From Camelus dromedarius (taxonomy: Eukaryota), in contig NC_087437.1 in the NCBI RefSeq assembly GCF_036321535.1, positions 22,322,001 through 22,386,000 on the forward strand: DNA of 64,000 nucleotides. The letters run 5' to 3'. Shown here one piece after another: positions 40,017-52,539 of the stretch (positions are counted from its first letter, which is position 1; each line of letters begins with the position of its first letter). The position numbers and the translations under genes were made by a program. A model generated the notes under the pieces. The model did no database searches. It was not told where the DNA came from and saw only the letters and a program-made list of their open reading frames with translations.

Positions 40017-41074
40017 AGTCCTAAGCAGTAAAAATGTAGTGAAGAGGGTGTATACTTTTGGGTGTATAAGCCACAAGTAAATATAACCCCAGTAAATTCA
40101 GTGTTGGCCAAGGGAAAACCCAAGATATTTGCTCTGAAATAGTCATTCCATTTTCTCGAAGTACTATTAGTTGCAACAACATAAAAAAAAAACAAACCCT
40201 CATCTAGGTCAGATCAATTTTAAAGCCTAGGATTCTATTTCTGAAATATTTGTAGGGGTCTAGTGTGGAATTTACATCCTATGAGGCCAACTCCAACAGC
40301 TTAGGGACGAGTATGAAAAAATATTAATGATTGTTAAATCTGAGGTCATATATGTGGGAATCTTTATTCTGTTTTCCGTAAGTTTGTCAGAAATATTTGA
40401 AATACTCACAAAGCGAAATTAAATTTTATTTAAAGACTAGATGACCCGACTATTTGCTAAGTAATCTCTTCCCTTCCTGAACCCACTTGTCTCCCCAGCC
40501 CTTGCCACTCTAGATGACTATAAGTATCAATTGTACAGAAGAACAAATACTTTATTCTTCTCCAAATGGGCTCCTTCAGGTTTTAAGGGTACTCCAGGTT
40601 ATGGTTTTCTTGGATTTGGCAAACAAGTCTCCATTCACCTGACTCACACACTTCATATTTTTACAGACACTTTGCTGTATCCCTTCTTAGTGCTGGGCTC
40701 TCTGCTGGAGAAATCCTAATTCTTTTCATCTCCCTCTACTCATGGAAGCTGCCCTCCTCTGGACCTTTCTCAGCTTTGCTTTGACTTTCTTGAGCTTCAG
40801 TGACCAGAACTGATCCACCCAGGTTACACACAAGCACAAGTGACAAGCAAAACTAGAATTTCAACAAAGGGACTTCCGGAAGCAAAAATAAAATTGGAAG
40901 TTAGCTTTAAGGGAGCACATAGAGAAGCCAGCATACGGTTAAAAGTAAAATTATGGCAGAAAAGATAAAAATTAACCTCATTGTAACAGTTGGCAGAGTG
41001 GAGATGGAAGAAAAAGGAGTTTTTAAAAAGGGGTGATTCCATTATTTCCAAGCTCCAGAGCTGCGACGAGAGTT

Positions 41075-41597
41075 CTTGCCTCCATCACACATGGAATGAA
41101 ATCAAACTCACCACCATGGCCAGTGATCTGGCCCCTCTCAGTCTCCCCCACATCACCTCCACCCACTCCCACCTCACTCACTCGGCTCCAGCCACATTGG
41201 CCTTCCTGAAGCACGTGGAGCACACACAACCCACTGCAACACCAGGGCCATCATCCCTGCAGTTCCATCTGCCTGGACCGTTTTCACCCCAGAGGCCAGA
41301 TGCACATCTCACTTCTGTACATCGTTCAGGACTCCCATCAAATGCCACTTCCTCACAGAGGACTGCCTTGGCCAGCCAACAGCCTCTCCTCCATTGTTCT
41401 CCATCTTCTTACCTGCTTCATTGTTACCACTCTCTGAACTTAAGACTATGTAGCTGTTTACTTTTTCTTCTCAGCATCCTGCATTAGAGTGTAAGCTCTG
41501 TGAGGGCGAAGACTTTGAATTGGTAACTGCTGCATCCTCCTCACGCTTGGAGTAGTGCCTGACATGGACGCTGTATGAATGAATGCATGAATGAATG
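41075..41597 (+). mobile_element. L2a/b 3' end
   Basis: 'ctccagccacattggccttcct...gttccatctgcctgga...aaatgccacttcctcacagagg...tagagtgtaagctctgtgagggc...tgaatgaatgcatgaatgaatg'. Confidence 0.85.
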
Positions 41598-41614
41598 CAT
41601 GCACGCACGCCAGG

Positions 41615-41828
41615 TAAAAGTGGACGATCTGGACCTGGATTGTCTGGGTTCAAATTTCACCTCTTCTGGGCAAGTTATTTATCTTCTCTGTATACAGTTT
41701 CTTTATTTGAAATATAAGCATAATAATAGTGCCCACTCATAGGTTTACCTCGGAAGATAAATGAGTTAATACAGGTAAGGTGCTGAGAACAGTGTTAACA
41801 GTACTCACTACTCCACAAATATTAGGAT
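41615..41828 (+). mobile_element. MIR SINE
   Basis: 'gtctgggttcaaat...gggcaagttattta...taataatagtgcccactcatagg...aaatgagttaatacaggtaaggtgctgagaacagtg'. Confidence 0.85.
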
Positions 41829-43354
41829 GATCTTGAAACATGGCAAGAAAGGAAAAAGAGAAGCAAGAGTGGCAGCCCTTCTTGGGTGGCAGGCATTTTC
41901 TACTGAAAGATTAAGGTGGGAGTGACGCTCCAGCGACTCTCACCTTCTCTGTAATGCTGGCTTCCAAGGACCCAGAATCGACTATACGGAAAACGTGGGG
42001 CAGAGGGTGTCTGAGGGTGGTTTGTTTGTTTGCTTACATTTAAGAGACATAAAAATTCACAACTGCAATACCTTCCATTTCTCCAAGTGGCACATTTGCA
42101 TGGAGCATGTATTTGCAGTTTGATGCCTGCATGTGGAACATGCTTTTTAAAGCTTCTGGGTCTGGTACAAGTAACAGCGTAATATGTCACACTTTCAAGG
42201 TGTGACAAGGCAAAACGGAAAATCATGAGATTGCTAGATAGTCACAGCCACCAGTTCATATTTCCCAAAGGTTATTTTATTCTCCATAAACACAGAAATG
42301 GGAGATTCCTTCAAAAATATGTACATGTCATTACATACGGGTATTATTGATTTTGAGAGTGTCTATCAGTAATTGCTGTAATTATCTGTAGAAGTTTTTT
42401 TGTTAAGTAAGAAGAAAGTCTTTTGTTTTTTAGAGGTCGACCAGTGCAAAGATTATCCTATTTGTTAACGCAAGGCCAGTTTAATAAATGCAAACGGAGT
42501 GGGAAAATGCAATCCTGCTAAGAATTAGGTTTGTGCTCTGTAGTCAGAGCAACAGATGCTGATAATAAGCAACAAGCTGTCAGGCAAAATGAGGGCAGAG
42601 AGGTTCTTGACTCACGGTTTGGAAAGTACCAAAAAAACCTGTCTGTCCAGGCTGAGGGGCAGCTGCATGGACACTGTGGTTTGTTACTTCTGGCCTGAGC
42701 CCACTGTTTCCTGTACTTGGCATTGAAAATAAGAACTATTCCAAGGTGTGGAGAAAACCTCTTTCTAACATGTGGTCAACATCATGAATAAGAACACTTG
42801 CAGGATGCTTCTTAAAAATAAAAGTGTTTTTTAAGCAGCAGCAGATCAGTAGGAACCGCGCAAATGATCACAAGGAATCTCAACTCGTCCTCTCCAGGAA
42901 GCCCCAAGTGAGAAATTTCTTTTGAAACACTGTAGCCTGTGAAGTTTTGCACAGCTTAAGGAGACAGTATAATTTTTCCCTCTAATGATAATAATTTAGT
43001 GTATCACTGATTTTTCTCCCGACTTTGGCTACCAGAAAGCTTACTTGTGGTTCAACCCTAGCAAGCATATAGGACCTTATGAGCTGCTTATTCACGATCC
43101 TTTTTATTCCTCTGGTTTTGACTTTCTGCTCTTATTAATTATTATTATTATTTTTTACTGAATTTTACAATTCTTAAAAAATTTTACTATTTTTTATATG
43201 TGGTAGTGTAAGCTGCTTCACCAAATCCTTCATAAGATTGTTTTAACAAAATTAGTTAAGTTTGATTAATTAAAATCTGGTGAATGTAACAAATATCTCA
43301 AAATCTATAAAATACACGATATTCTGATTAATTTACTGCCCAGTTTTCATAAAC

Positions 43355-43480
43355 ATAATTTGGCTTGATTGTTATAACCACCTGGAGAAGTAGATGTTAT
43401 TATCATTTACATTTTACAGATAGGAAAATTGAGATCCAAAGATGTAAAGCACTTGCCCATGATCCAAACACCACGTAGTT
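43355..43480 (-). mobile_element. MIR fragment
   Basis: 'gtagatgttattatcatttacattttacagataggaaaattgag...acttgccca'. Confidence 0.7.
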
Positions 43481-45460
43481 TTCACTGTAATATGTTGTAC
43501 TATTTCACTTCTCTAACAACAAAAAAATACTTTCTACTGGTTTACGTATCTTCAGGTAAGAGTTATTACTGAATTGACAAAGGTGTGAGTGAGCTAAAAT
43601 AAAATACTTTTAAATTATAAAAGTTAGGCTAGCACATAATTATATGTGATTGTAAAATATTAGGCAGTTAGAGGAAGATGATAAATTTTCTTTGATGAGT
43701 TTTCTTTTTCTGTCTTTTTTCTTTCAAAGAAAAAGATGTAAGAGAAGGATACAATTTAGATAAAAGTCATGCCTGAAAGTAGGAGGATGGATTAGTTGAC
43801 CTATGGGAGATAAAATGCTTTGTAAAAATCGCCAGGGCTACCACCAGCCCTTCCTAACCACTCATTAGTGCCCACCAGTATAAGGAGATGGGCTTTGATC
43901 TCTTTTTTAAGGTCACTGCTCTGGCCCTAATCCCAGTTCGCTGACACTCCTGCTGGGCTCGGTCCTGCAGTTAGGTGTCTTTCCTGGGCAATAAAGTCTG
44001 TGAAAACAGCACCAGGCTGGCCTTGGAACACATGTGACAAAAAAATTCAAAGTACATAAGAGCCAGGATCGTCGCCAACTTAATTTTGCAGCCCTTTTTG
44101 TAGAGCGTAGCATCCTTCCTTTACGTGAACCAGGAAAGCAGCAGTATCTTGCCCAGTGGCACTAATCAGCTGCACCTCATTGGGCATTGGAGGGAAAAAG
44201 CAAGAAATAAAAGAGAGATGGCTCCTCCTCAAATCCAGATGTGATCAGAACCACAAGTCATTAAGCAGCGTCACTTACTTACAACGTCGTTCCGGCATGT
44301 CTGTCTCCCTGTGATTTCAGCAAAAGGTGCAACATTTTTACACAATTGTTTGCTTTAAGTACTGAATTAAAAATGACTAGAGCAAAATTGCCGATGACGG
44401 GCTTTACTCTGATGTTAGATTCAAGACCAGAGTTTGGAGAATACACTTCCCTCACTTAAGACAATCGCACGTTGTTCTGAACAATTTTCCCTAAGGATTT
44501 TCCGGCTGTGCTTTTGCAGATTTTTCAGTGTTTCTGTATTTCTCTACCCCTAGACCTGATACATGAGAAGTCACGCAGGAGAAGCAGGCCCTGTTGCGTG
44601 CCTAACATGCGTGCAACAGGCATCAAGTAAATTTCACTGAGACGGCCAAGCCAGCAAGTCGCTGGGCAGGGGTTTGAATCCAGGCTGCCTGATTCCAAGA
44701 GCTGTGCCTTTGCTCCTGCACTGCAGAGCTTTCAGGCTTCCTGCTGCCACGAGGAGGGCACACGTGTATGCTAGTTCTAAGCTCTCTAAATTTTACGCAA
44801 AGGTTATCGACACCTTGTAAGTCTCACATATATTTCAGCCGTCTGATTTGTTTTATCTGCAGAGGCAGCCCTCCCTTTAGAATGAGCCCCTCAGCCATGG
44901 AACAGAACATCTCCAGCCTCTATAAACTCTATGCATCGGCCTCTTTGACTTGCCTGGTGTGAGGAGGGCTCCTCCTTCCGATCTTCATCCAGGTCCACAC
45001 CCACTCTGTAAAAGAGAACAGAAAAGTGGTCACGGCATTGCCGCGGGTGAGACAAGACAGTCTCATTTGTCAGATCACCCGACCCAAATACGAAACAGAG
45101 GAAAGGTTTGGCAGAAAACCAGCCCACTTCTCCCTGAATCAAAAGAACTTCAGATGGATTTACGGCAAAAATGAAAACTTGTACATCTGGGCCTCAGCAC
45201 AGCTGGTGAGATCAAGCACCAGCAGCTGTTCCTCGCTGTTGTCTTTCCTCGGCAAGACCAGGAGCCTGAGAACCTGGGCCAGGAGCCCGCAGAAAAAGGC
45301 TCCCAGGGAAACAGGATCCTGGAGGAAGGCCACCTGCTACCCCCGCGGGATCACTGAACAAACTGCTCTGGGAGGCGGGGGGGGGGGCCCCAGGCTGGAG
45401 CAGGCTCCCCAAGACAGAAGAAAATAGGTCCTTTGTCCAGATGCTCATGGAAGCTTTCGC

Positions 45461-46561
45461 TAGGGAAGATCCAGCTTTGTGGGGTCTGAGGCTTACACAA
45501 TTTGGGGGGCTCTCTTTAAGAAAATTAATACAAAAATACAAATACAAAATTAGGTATGAGAGTGACTCTTTAGAAAGAGAAAATGAATTATAAAACACTT
45601 CATAAGTTTAAAATCTGGCAAATGCAATCGACATCTCAAAGTCTATAAAATACATAATGTTCTAATTAATTTACTGCCTGACATGTCTCTAAAATAACTT
45701 TTTCCTCATAAGTTTTGCCTGCATACTTTATATGATAATGGTTTTATATAAGAGAGAATAGGCAGATAAGGTAGTCTTTTCTTCCAGCAAGACTGATCAG
45801 AATTATTAATAACTGGGAGGCATTAAAGCATGCTTCCTTACACACAGACACGCTTGCTGTGTGCAGTACTGCTAAAGCTTAATACCCTGAGAAGACAAGA
45901 TTTCTGATAAATCTCATTTCATGCAATTCTCAGAAACAATGCCCATTATGCTTATTGGGTATATGCTGCATCACTGAATATCCGTATCCCTGATTTCCAT
46001 TTTGAAAGGGCATCGGTGAGAATGGAGTCTTCCACTTTGAATTTTCCACATCTCATAGTTGGAAGGATTATCCATAGACTAGCTTCTGGCTCAGTGCATT
46101 TCAAGCCTTGTTTTTTCCTCCACTACGCACAGACTTGTGAAGCCAGGCGCCACAGGACCTGTTCATCTTTGATCAAACCTTGTGGCACTATTCCTGCAGG
46201 AGGATGGCCAGAAGTGACTTGCCCACACACAGAAGTGACTGCAGACCACACAGACGCATCCCCCTAGAGAGAAACTAAATGCACTCCCAATCTGGCTTTC
46301 CCTTAGTTGGATCCCCCAGACGCCCAGGGCCACTCCAGAGCCCACTGACCAGGGGAGAAGCATGATGGACGGGAAGCTGTGGTGGAAAGAAACAGCGATC
46401 ATACCCAACAGTGGTTAAAATATATTCCTTTTGCAAATCTTACAAAAACATAGGACCATGGGAACACAATGCTGAGGCTCTTCCCAGGACCTTGGTAGGG
46501 CCAGAGCAAGTGGGGGCCCGGAGCTTGAACTTCCTCTGCTCGGGAGGAGAGTGAGCCTCCG
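45461..46561 (-). mobile_element. hAT-Tip100 DNA transposon, Arthur1B/MER69B-like, near full length
   Basis: Left end 'agggaagatccagctttgtggggtctgaggcttacacaatttggggggctctctttaagaaaa...aatacaaaattaggta'. Right end 'gggccagagcaagtgggggcccggagcttgaacttc...gcctccg'. Both match recalled MER69/Arthur1 termini. Flanking 8-mers gctttcgc and tctgtcgg match at 5/8, a possible decayed TSD. Confidence 0.75.
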
Positions 46562-47018
46562 TCTGTCGGGGGTGGGGTGGGGGTGGGGGCACAGCTCAGG
46601 GCCACCTGGCTCAAGCTCGAGCAGAGCCTTTCCTGAGAACACCACAGTCTGTAGAACTTTAGAGTCCTTCCCTCCACGCCTGCCCCTGGAAACACTTCTT
46701 TAGTGCCCTGGCTGTTAGGTTCTCCAGGTGGGAAGGGGAGTCAGGCCAGAAGCCACCAGCTCAGACGACAGACGTGTTAACACGTGAAAGGAAAGCAACA
46801 GTGGAGAGGCAGTGTGTTTAAAATACCTCTGATTTTTCAAAAATTAGTGTCCTCTGGGCAAGAAGAACCCCTTCTCTCTAACCCAGGGGGGAAAATGGGT
46901 AGCTATTTATCATATGCTGATCTTTTTGGCCTTCAGGTAACCAGAAAGGGACTTTGGTGAGGACTAACCTTTGATTTTTTTGAGTAGAAAGAGCTATTTG
47001 ATCTATTTCACTGAAGTT

Positions 47019-47260
47019 GGAGGGAGAGAAGAAGGGAAGAGGGAGGAAGGAGGGAAAGGAGGTCAGGAAGGAGTAAGAGGAGAGGGAGGAAAGAGAAGTG
47101 AGAGGGGAGGAGAGGGCAGTGCAGGGAGGGGGAGGATGGGGGGCAGTGGGGAGAGAAGACTGGGGAAGGTGAAGGGGGAGGGAGGGTGGGAGGACAGAGG
47201 CAGTGAGAGTCAGGAAGGATCTTTTCCAGAAGGGCTGGGAGAGAGACAATGGAGGGGAGG
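47019..47260. repeat. GA-rich low-complexity (polypurine) tract
   Basis: About 240 bp that is almost entirely G/A on the + strand. Confidence 0.9.
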
Positions 47261-47944
47261 TTAGGCCCAGCCTCCTACGGTGAGTCTAGGCAGTGACCTT
47301 GGGGTCTGGTGACATGAGTCTAACCTCTGTAAACACTGAGGGCCAAGTTGGAGTCCCCATCCCCCTTTCTCACGGGGCTGGTCTACCTTCAAGCCTCCAG
47401 GGGCTCTGAGCTCTCTGGGGAAGCTGGGGCCCCCAGAGGCCTTTATTACTGAGTAAGCCAGAACCTCCCAGCCCCCTGCCCCCAACCAAGGGCTGCCTGG
47501 CACCCACGCAGGCTGTGAATTGAACTGAGGGTCTTGAAGTTCCCCCTGCTGCATCTGTTTAGCGCTTTTTTTTTCTTTTCTTTTCTCTTTCTCTCTAGAA
47601 AACTGGAGAGAACAGAAGTCAAATTTCACAAGAAACCCAACATTTAAAGTTTTGAGGTAGTACTGAAGTTTTCCATTAAAATTTAAGCCTTCCTCCCTAG
47701 CAGCAATCACAGCAGACATTTCTAGTTTCAATTATTCCAGAAGCCAGGTGGAGCAGAGGAATGATAGCAGGGGATTAAGTTCTTCAGTTTCTGTGGGACT
47801 TGGTGACAAGCACCTCAGGGACCCAGGAGAGCTGCTCTTCTCCCGAACAGGAGCGCTTCTCCTGGGGCCCGGCCTGACTCCCTTCCTGCCTACAGCACAC
47901 TGAACACTCAAGAGGTTCGAGGAAAGAGAAACTCCCCACCCCCA

Positions 47945-48075
47945 ACCCCGGGGCAGCTGGGGTGAACAAAGCAGGCAGAGTCCCTGCCCTCACATGGCAT
48001 ACAGTTTGGTGGGTTTCATTCGAAAAATCTAAACAGTTCATTATAATTTAAAAGTTCTGAAGGAAAGGCAGGCAA
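47945..48075 (-). mobile_element. L2 fragment
   Basis: 'ggtgaacaaagcaggcagagtccctgccctcacatggcatacagtttggtggg'. Confidence 0.6.
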
Positions 48076-48470
48076 GAATGATACCTTCTCTCATTTGTGA
48101 TTTTGGCTCCTTTTGATAGAAGTCATGCTAAAATATATTACCTGGCTCCCTGCCTCCTAAACCATAGTGTAATGGGGATACGCGGAACTTGACTAGAGGT
48201 CTCAGTATCACCGCTGGCCCCATAAAATCTAACACTTGCTGTGTTATAATGATTTCTGAGAGGAAAGTGAGCCTCTTTATGCCTACATTAAATGGTCCCT
48301 GGCTACTATTCTTTTGCTTTTTAAAATTCTTGTATCTGCCAGTTAGAGTGCCGATTTCCTGTCTGCAACAATAGGTTAGCATATTGTCTCTATATGTCTT
48401 TAGTTTAGTACAGATGGGACTGATAGCCTGAGAGTCAAGTTTTGTGCATTTTTTTCTTTTCAAGTTTATA

Positions 48471-48472
<2 letters not shown>

Positions 48473-48524
<52 letters not shown>
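48473..48524. repeat. (AC)26 microsatellite
   Basis: Read directly; followed by an imperfect (GC/AC) tail. Confidence 0.95.
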
Positions 48525-48526
<2 letters not shown>

Positions 48527-49584
48527 CTGCACGCGCACACACGCACATATGTAACAAAACAATACAATTGAAACATTATATAAGGGCTTACAAGAAAACA
48601 TAGTTATCTTCTGCCACACCCTGCACACCCCCAGACTGACTCTCCATTGTTTCTGAGGGCAATTTGCTGGCCTTTCACAATTGTGACATATAATCTGACA
48701 CCAGCATGCACAGCACATCACACAGCATCCCCACGGTTAAGCAAACATGCCAGCTGTGTCTGTATCTCTTCCTCTTCTCTTCCAGAAAGCAAATCAGAGT
48801 GTGAAAATGATATTCTTTTAGGATTAACCTCGAATCCACTCCCTTTTAAGCATAAAAGATCATTTACACATTAGGGGTTCTTGAGGGATTATCAGAAAGA
48901 AGACAGGATGTTGTCCTAGCATGTGGTGCCCCATGTGTATACAGCAGCTCCCCAGGTGAAATCACAGGTGTCTGGGATGAGGTCCCACTTCCTTGGGTGA
49001 CATCTAAGGCTCTTAAGCGTCTTTCCCATAACACTGAACTACCCTTGCTGCTTGTCTCCTCTGGACCCAGTCCCCCAGGGCTGGTAACTGGACCTGTCAT
49101 TGTTTCCGAGACCCAGTATCCCTGAGCTCTGGCCTTGCCTAGATCAGTGCCTCTTCCATCAACTGAATCCCCTCTCTCCAAACTCCATTTGGTGGCTGGG
49201 GCCCTGTTGACTATCACTGGCCATCGTGATGCCCCACCTACTTTCCTGAACTTCCCACTACTGCCATTCTTCTTCTAATCACCGTGGACCATTCATCTTG
49301 GTGCCCTAACTTGGTTCAGATGCCCCATTGCTTAAAGTTTTCACTGACTTGGACTGCAAGTAGCTGGCACCTTCTACTCTGTACTCTGCTTCCTGACGGA
49401 ACCCCTCCTGGGGCCCCTATGATCGTTCTGCTGGGGCTATGACAACCCTGGCCCACCCTGGGTCCACCTGTCTGGTTACGCCATGACATGCTGCATCCAT
49501 GGCTGCATGTCACCCTGGGGCTAGCTCTTCAGGAATCCCAGGACTCCCGCTTACCCTGTGGTTGTTGGGGGAACAGGGCTGGTG

Positions 49585-49810
49585 AGTGAAACCCAGCTGG
49601 CAAGAGCCTCTCACTGCTGTGTGACTGCATCACTCACTGCCTCGGCTTCCTTGTCAGTGCAATGGGGATGATAGCAGAGCCTGCTTCCCAGGGTTGTTGT
49701 AAGGATTAAAGGAGAAAACACTAATAAAGTGTTAGCTTAGGGCCTGGTACCTAGTGAGTGCTCAAGAAATGTTAGCAGCTGTTGTCCTTTTTGTCATTTT
49801 TATTATTATC
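49585..49810 (+). mobile_element. MIR SINE
   Basis: 'gctgtgtgact...tgcctcggcttccttgtcagtgcaatggggatgatagcag...agggttgttgtaaggattaaa...gcctggtacctagtgagtgctcaagaaatgttagc'. Confidence 0.85.
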
Positions 49811-51227
49811 AGTACTTTTTAAAATCAGCGGGGCCAGAGCTCAGTACCACCATGGTCACTGCTCAACACTTCTTGTCCCCAGTTCTGCATCGGGTAACCC
49901 TTGGATGTACACAAACAGCTCCAGCTGAGCCACAAGGAGTGGCCAGGGCACAGCAGGGATTTCTGGTTTCACAGAACATGATTTCTATTCATGGAGGGCC
50001 ACGTTTCCCGGATTGGAATTTACCTACAATTTACTGGTAGGCTCTGGAGGTGAGAGGGCAACAAAGGAAAGGAAGGTGTCTAAAGAGCAAGAGGAAGAGG
50101 GGGAAGGGAAGAACTGAGCAGAAGGAGAGCAAAGAGAAGGCAGGTGAAAAGGAAGCAGTACATTATTATAAAGAATAGGGGCAGGTGGTGGACGAATAAC
50201 CAGAAAGGTACCTGCGACTATAGAAAGGGAAGCCCAGGGTGGATGGAAGAACCACCACACAGCTCAAAAAATTTTCTAAAAATATAGAGAATGAAGCGCC
50301 AGTAAAGATTACAAAGCAACTAAAAAGACTGGTTAAAATTTTATATGATGTTTTGCATTTTTGATGCACCTTTTAATTTTAAACAAGTCGAGTGCTGCCT
50401 CTATGGTATTCAGATGAAAATGAAAACGAGCTTTGCACATATTCCCAGCTGTGCCCTCCAACATCTCACTCTGGGTTCCTCATTTACAGCAAGCATATAG
50501 CTCCATTTTCAGAGCAAAACACATCTCTGTGCAGCACAATGCACCTCCCCTGCCATGGCAGCTCCATTCTTTGATGAGTCTTATTAGATGTATTAAAGTC
50601 TCAGGATGCTCCCATATCCAACCACGGCAAAAAGAGAGAGCTCCAAAGTTGGGTTTCTCTTAGAGGGGAAGCAAGGTAAGCAACTAACAAAAGGTTCACT
50701 TTTCCCATTAAAGCCAACAAAACCCATTCTGATCTTTATCACTTAGCACCTCCGGAAAGGCAGTGAAATATTACCAGGGCTTAATCTCATTGTGTGAATC
50801 CCAACAGTCTTATGTTCAGTTTTGGTTCTTCTGAGTCCCTGGCTGACAGGGGCGGGGTGGTGGGGCGGGGGGGTGGGGGAGAAGCCACTTCCTCTAAGAG
50901 CTGTATTTGATGGCTAAACATAAAAAATGACATTTTCAGTAAGAGAAGAGTGACTGGATACTGAGCACAATAAATACAGCAGGACAGTGGAGGAGTCTGA
51001 AAGACCCCTGCTGAGGTTTGCGGGCTGTTGGGTAGCTATGAGAACATCATGCCAAAATCTGGAACTTTGCCCCATCCCCACCTCGTATTATTTGCATAAA
51101 TATTAGTAGAACTTGTGTATGACCCAAATTAATCTATTATAATTGATTTTAAATTTTGGGGGAGGGGAGATAAAAAAATGGACTAAGGTAAGTGGAAAAC
51201 TCGCCTCAGTTCATTTTGTTATTTCGA

Positions 51228-51485
51228 TGTGGCACAGTAGCTAAATGAGTTGGGACTTTGAAGCCAGGCTGTATGGGTTAAAATCTCACTTCTATCATTC
51301 ACTATATTTGTAATTTCAGGACAAATTACTTAATGCCTCTAAATATCAGTTTTCTCAACTGTACATGGGGATAAGTATATATTTACTTCCGGGTTATTTT
51401 AAGGATGAAATATGTTAATACATATATGTGTGTAACATATTGGCTGCCACTTAGGAAGCACTCATGAAACATTAGCTGATGTTCT
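51228..51485 (+). mobile_element. MIR SINE, near full length
   Basis: 'tggcacagtagctaa...ggactttgaagccagg...tcagttttctcaactgtacatggggata...aagcactcatgaaacattagct'. Confidence 0.8.
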
Positions 51486-52539
51486 TGCCATTACTGGTGT
51501 TATTCTTTTAGGGAGGTGTTGATGTCCCCTACACCGAATGGTAAATACCAGATAGGGTAAAGCCAAGGGTAGGTTGTCTATAAATGATAGATGCTAGGAT
51601 ATAAAGGTTGATGACAGGATTCATGCCATCAGTGACCCCAGATCTAATGGGAAAGACAGCTGTTGGAAACAAAGAACCAGAATGTGATGAGGTAATAAGC
51701 ATTACACACGGAATTACTGAAACACAGCAACAAAAAGTCCAGCCAAGATGGGCTGTGGAGAGGTGGGGCACATTTCAAAGAGGAAGTGGGTATTGAAAGG
51801 GGAGTGTAGTATAGGTGCCTGACATTAAGCTTTTGATCACTGAGGCATTCACTTCTAAAGATATCTATCTTCCATAAACATATTGCCAGCCATACAATAC
51901 AGCTCCTAGCAAAACAGCCAGATGAGGAGTTAGGCAGCCCCCACCCATAAAGTCTGTCTTTTGGAAAGCCCTGGATAACCCAAATGAATAAGTGCTTGAA
52001 AGACCCAGATTTTCCTTTCCTGTGCCCAATTTCCTGCTCTTCTGCTTTATTAGCCAATAAGGAGCGAACACTTCAGCCCCCAACCTCAGACCTAATAAAG
52101 GCAGAGCCTCAGGTCCACACTCTCTGTCTCCATGACCTTGCTGTGTGACCTCAGGCGTGCCGGGTATACCCTCCAGGACCTGTGAGAGCAATGAATCTTT
52201 TTCCTTAAAGTTCCCTGATGGTTTCTGGAAGTGTATCCTGCAATCATAACAAAACTCACAAGAGCTGGTCTAGCCACAACATTGGCCCTGGTGGGAAAGC
52301 ACCTGTGGGGTCTCTGTCTAGAGAAATACGGGTGAGGAATGTGGGCAAGTGCCTCAGGCATTCCTAGCTCACAGCCTCACTATCAGTGGGCTGGGACTCA
52401 CACAACAGTGAGGAAAAGTTTAACCTTTGGTGAAAGGGAGGTTGGGGAGGGCACACCAGGAGCAAAGGAGAAATTTGAAAGAAAAAAAGTAGACTTGGGA
52501 CATGATAATGTGGGTAGACTGTGACGGTTATGCACGTTG

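Noticed and set aside
40990..41487. 165-aa plus-strand ORF
   Set aside because: It lies almost entirely within a decayed L2 3' region and starts at TTG; chance ORF.
46878..47264. Pro/Ser/Leu-rich and Gly/Glu-rich ORFs on opposite strands
   Set aside because: They are artefacts of the GA-rich low-complexity tract.
47653..47674. let-7-like start TGAGGTAGTA
   Set aside because: Only the first 10 nt match. The remainder differs from let-7/miR-98 and I saw no complementary arm.
48128..48721. Longest ORF in the track (197 aa, minus strand)
   Set aside because: It runs through the (AC)26 microsatellite (VCVCVC...), resembles no protein family I know and shows no exon structure.
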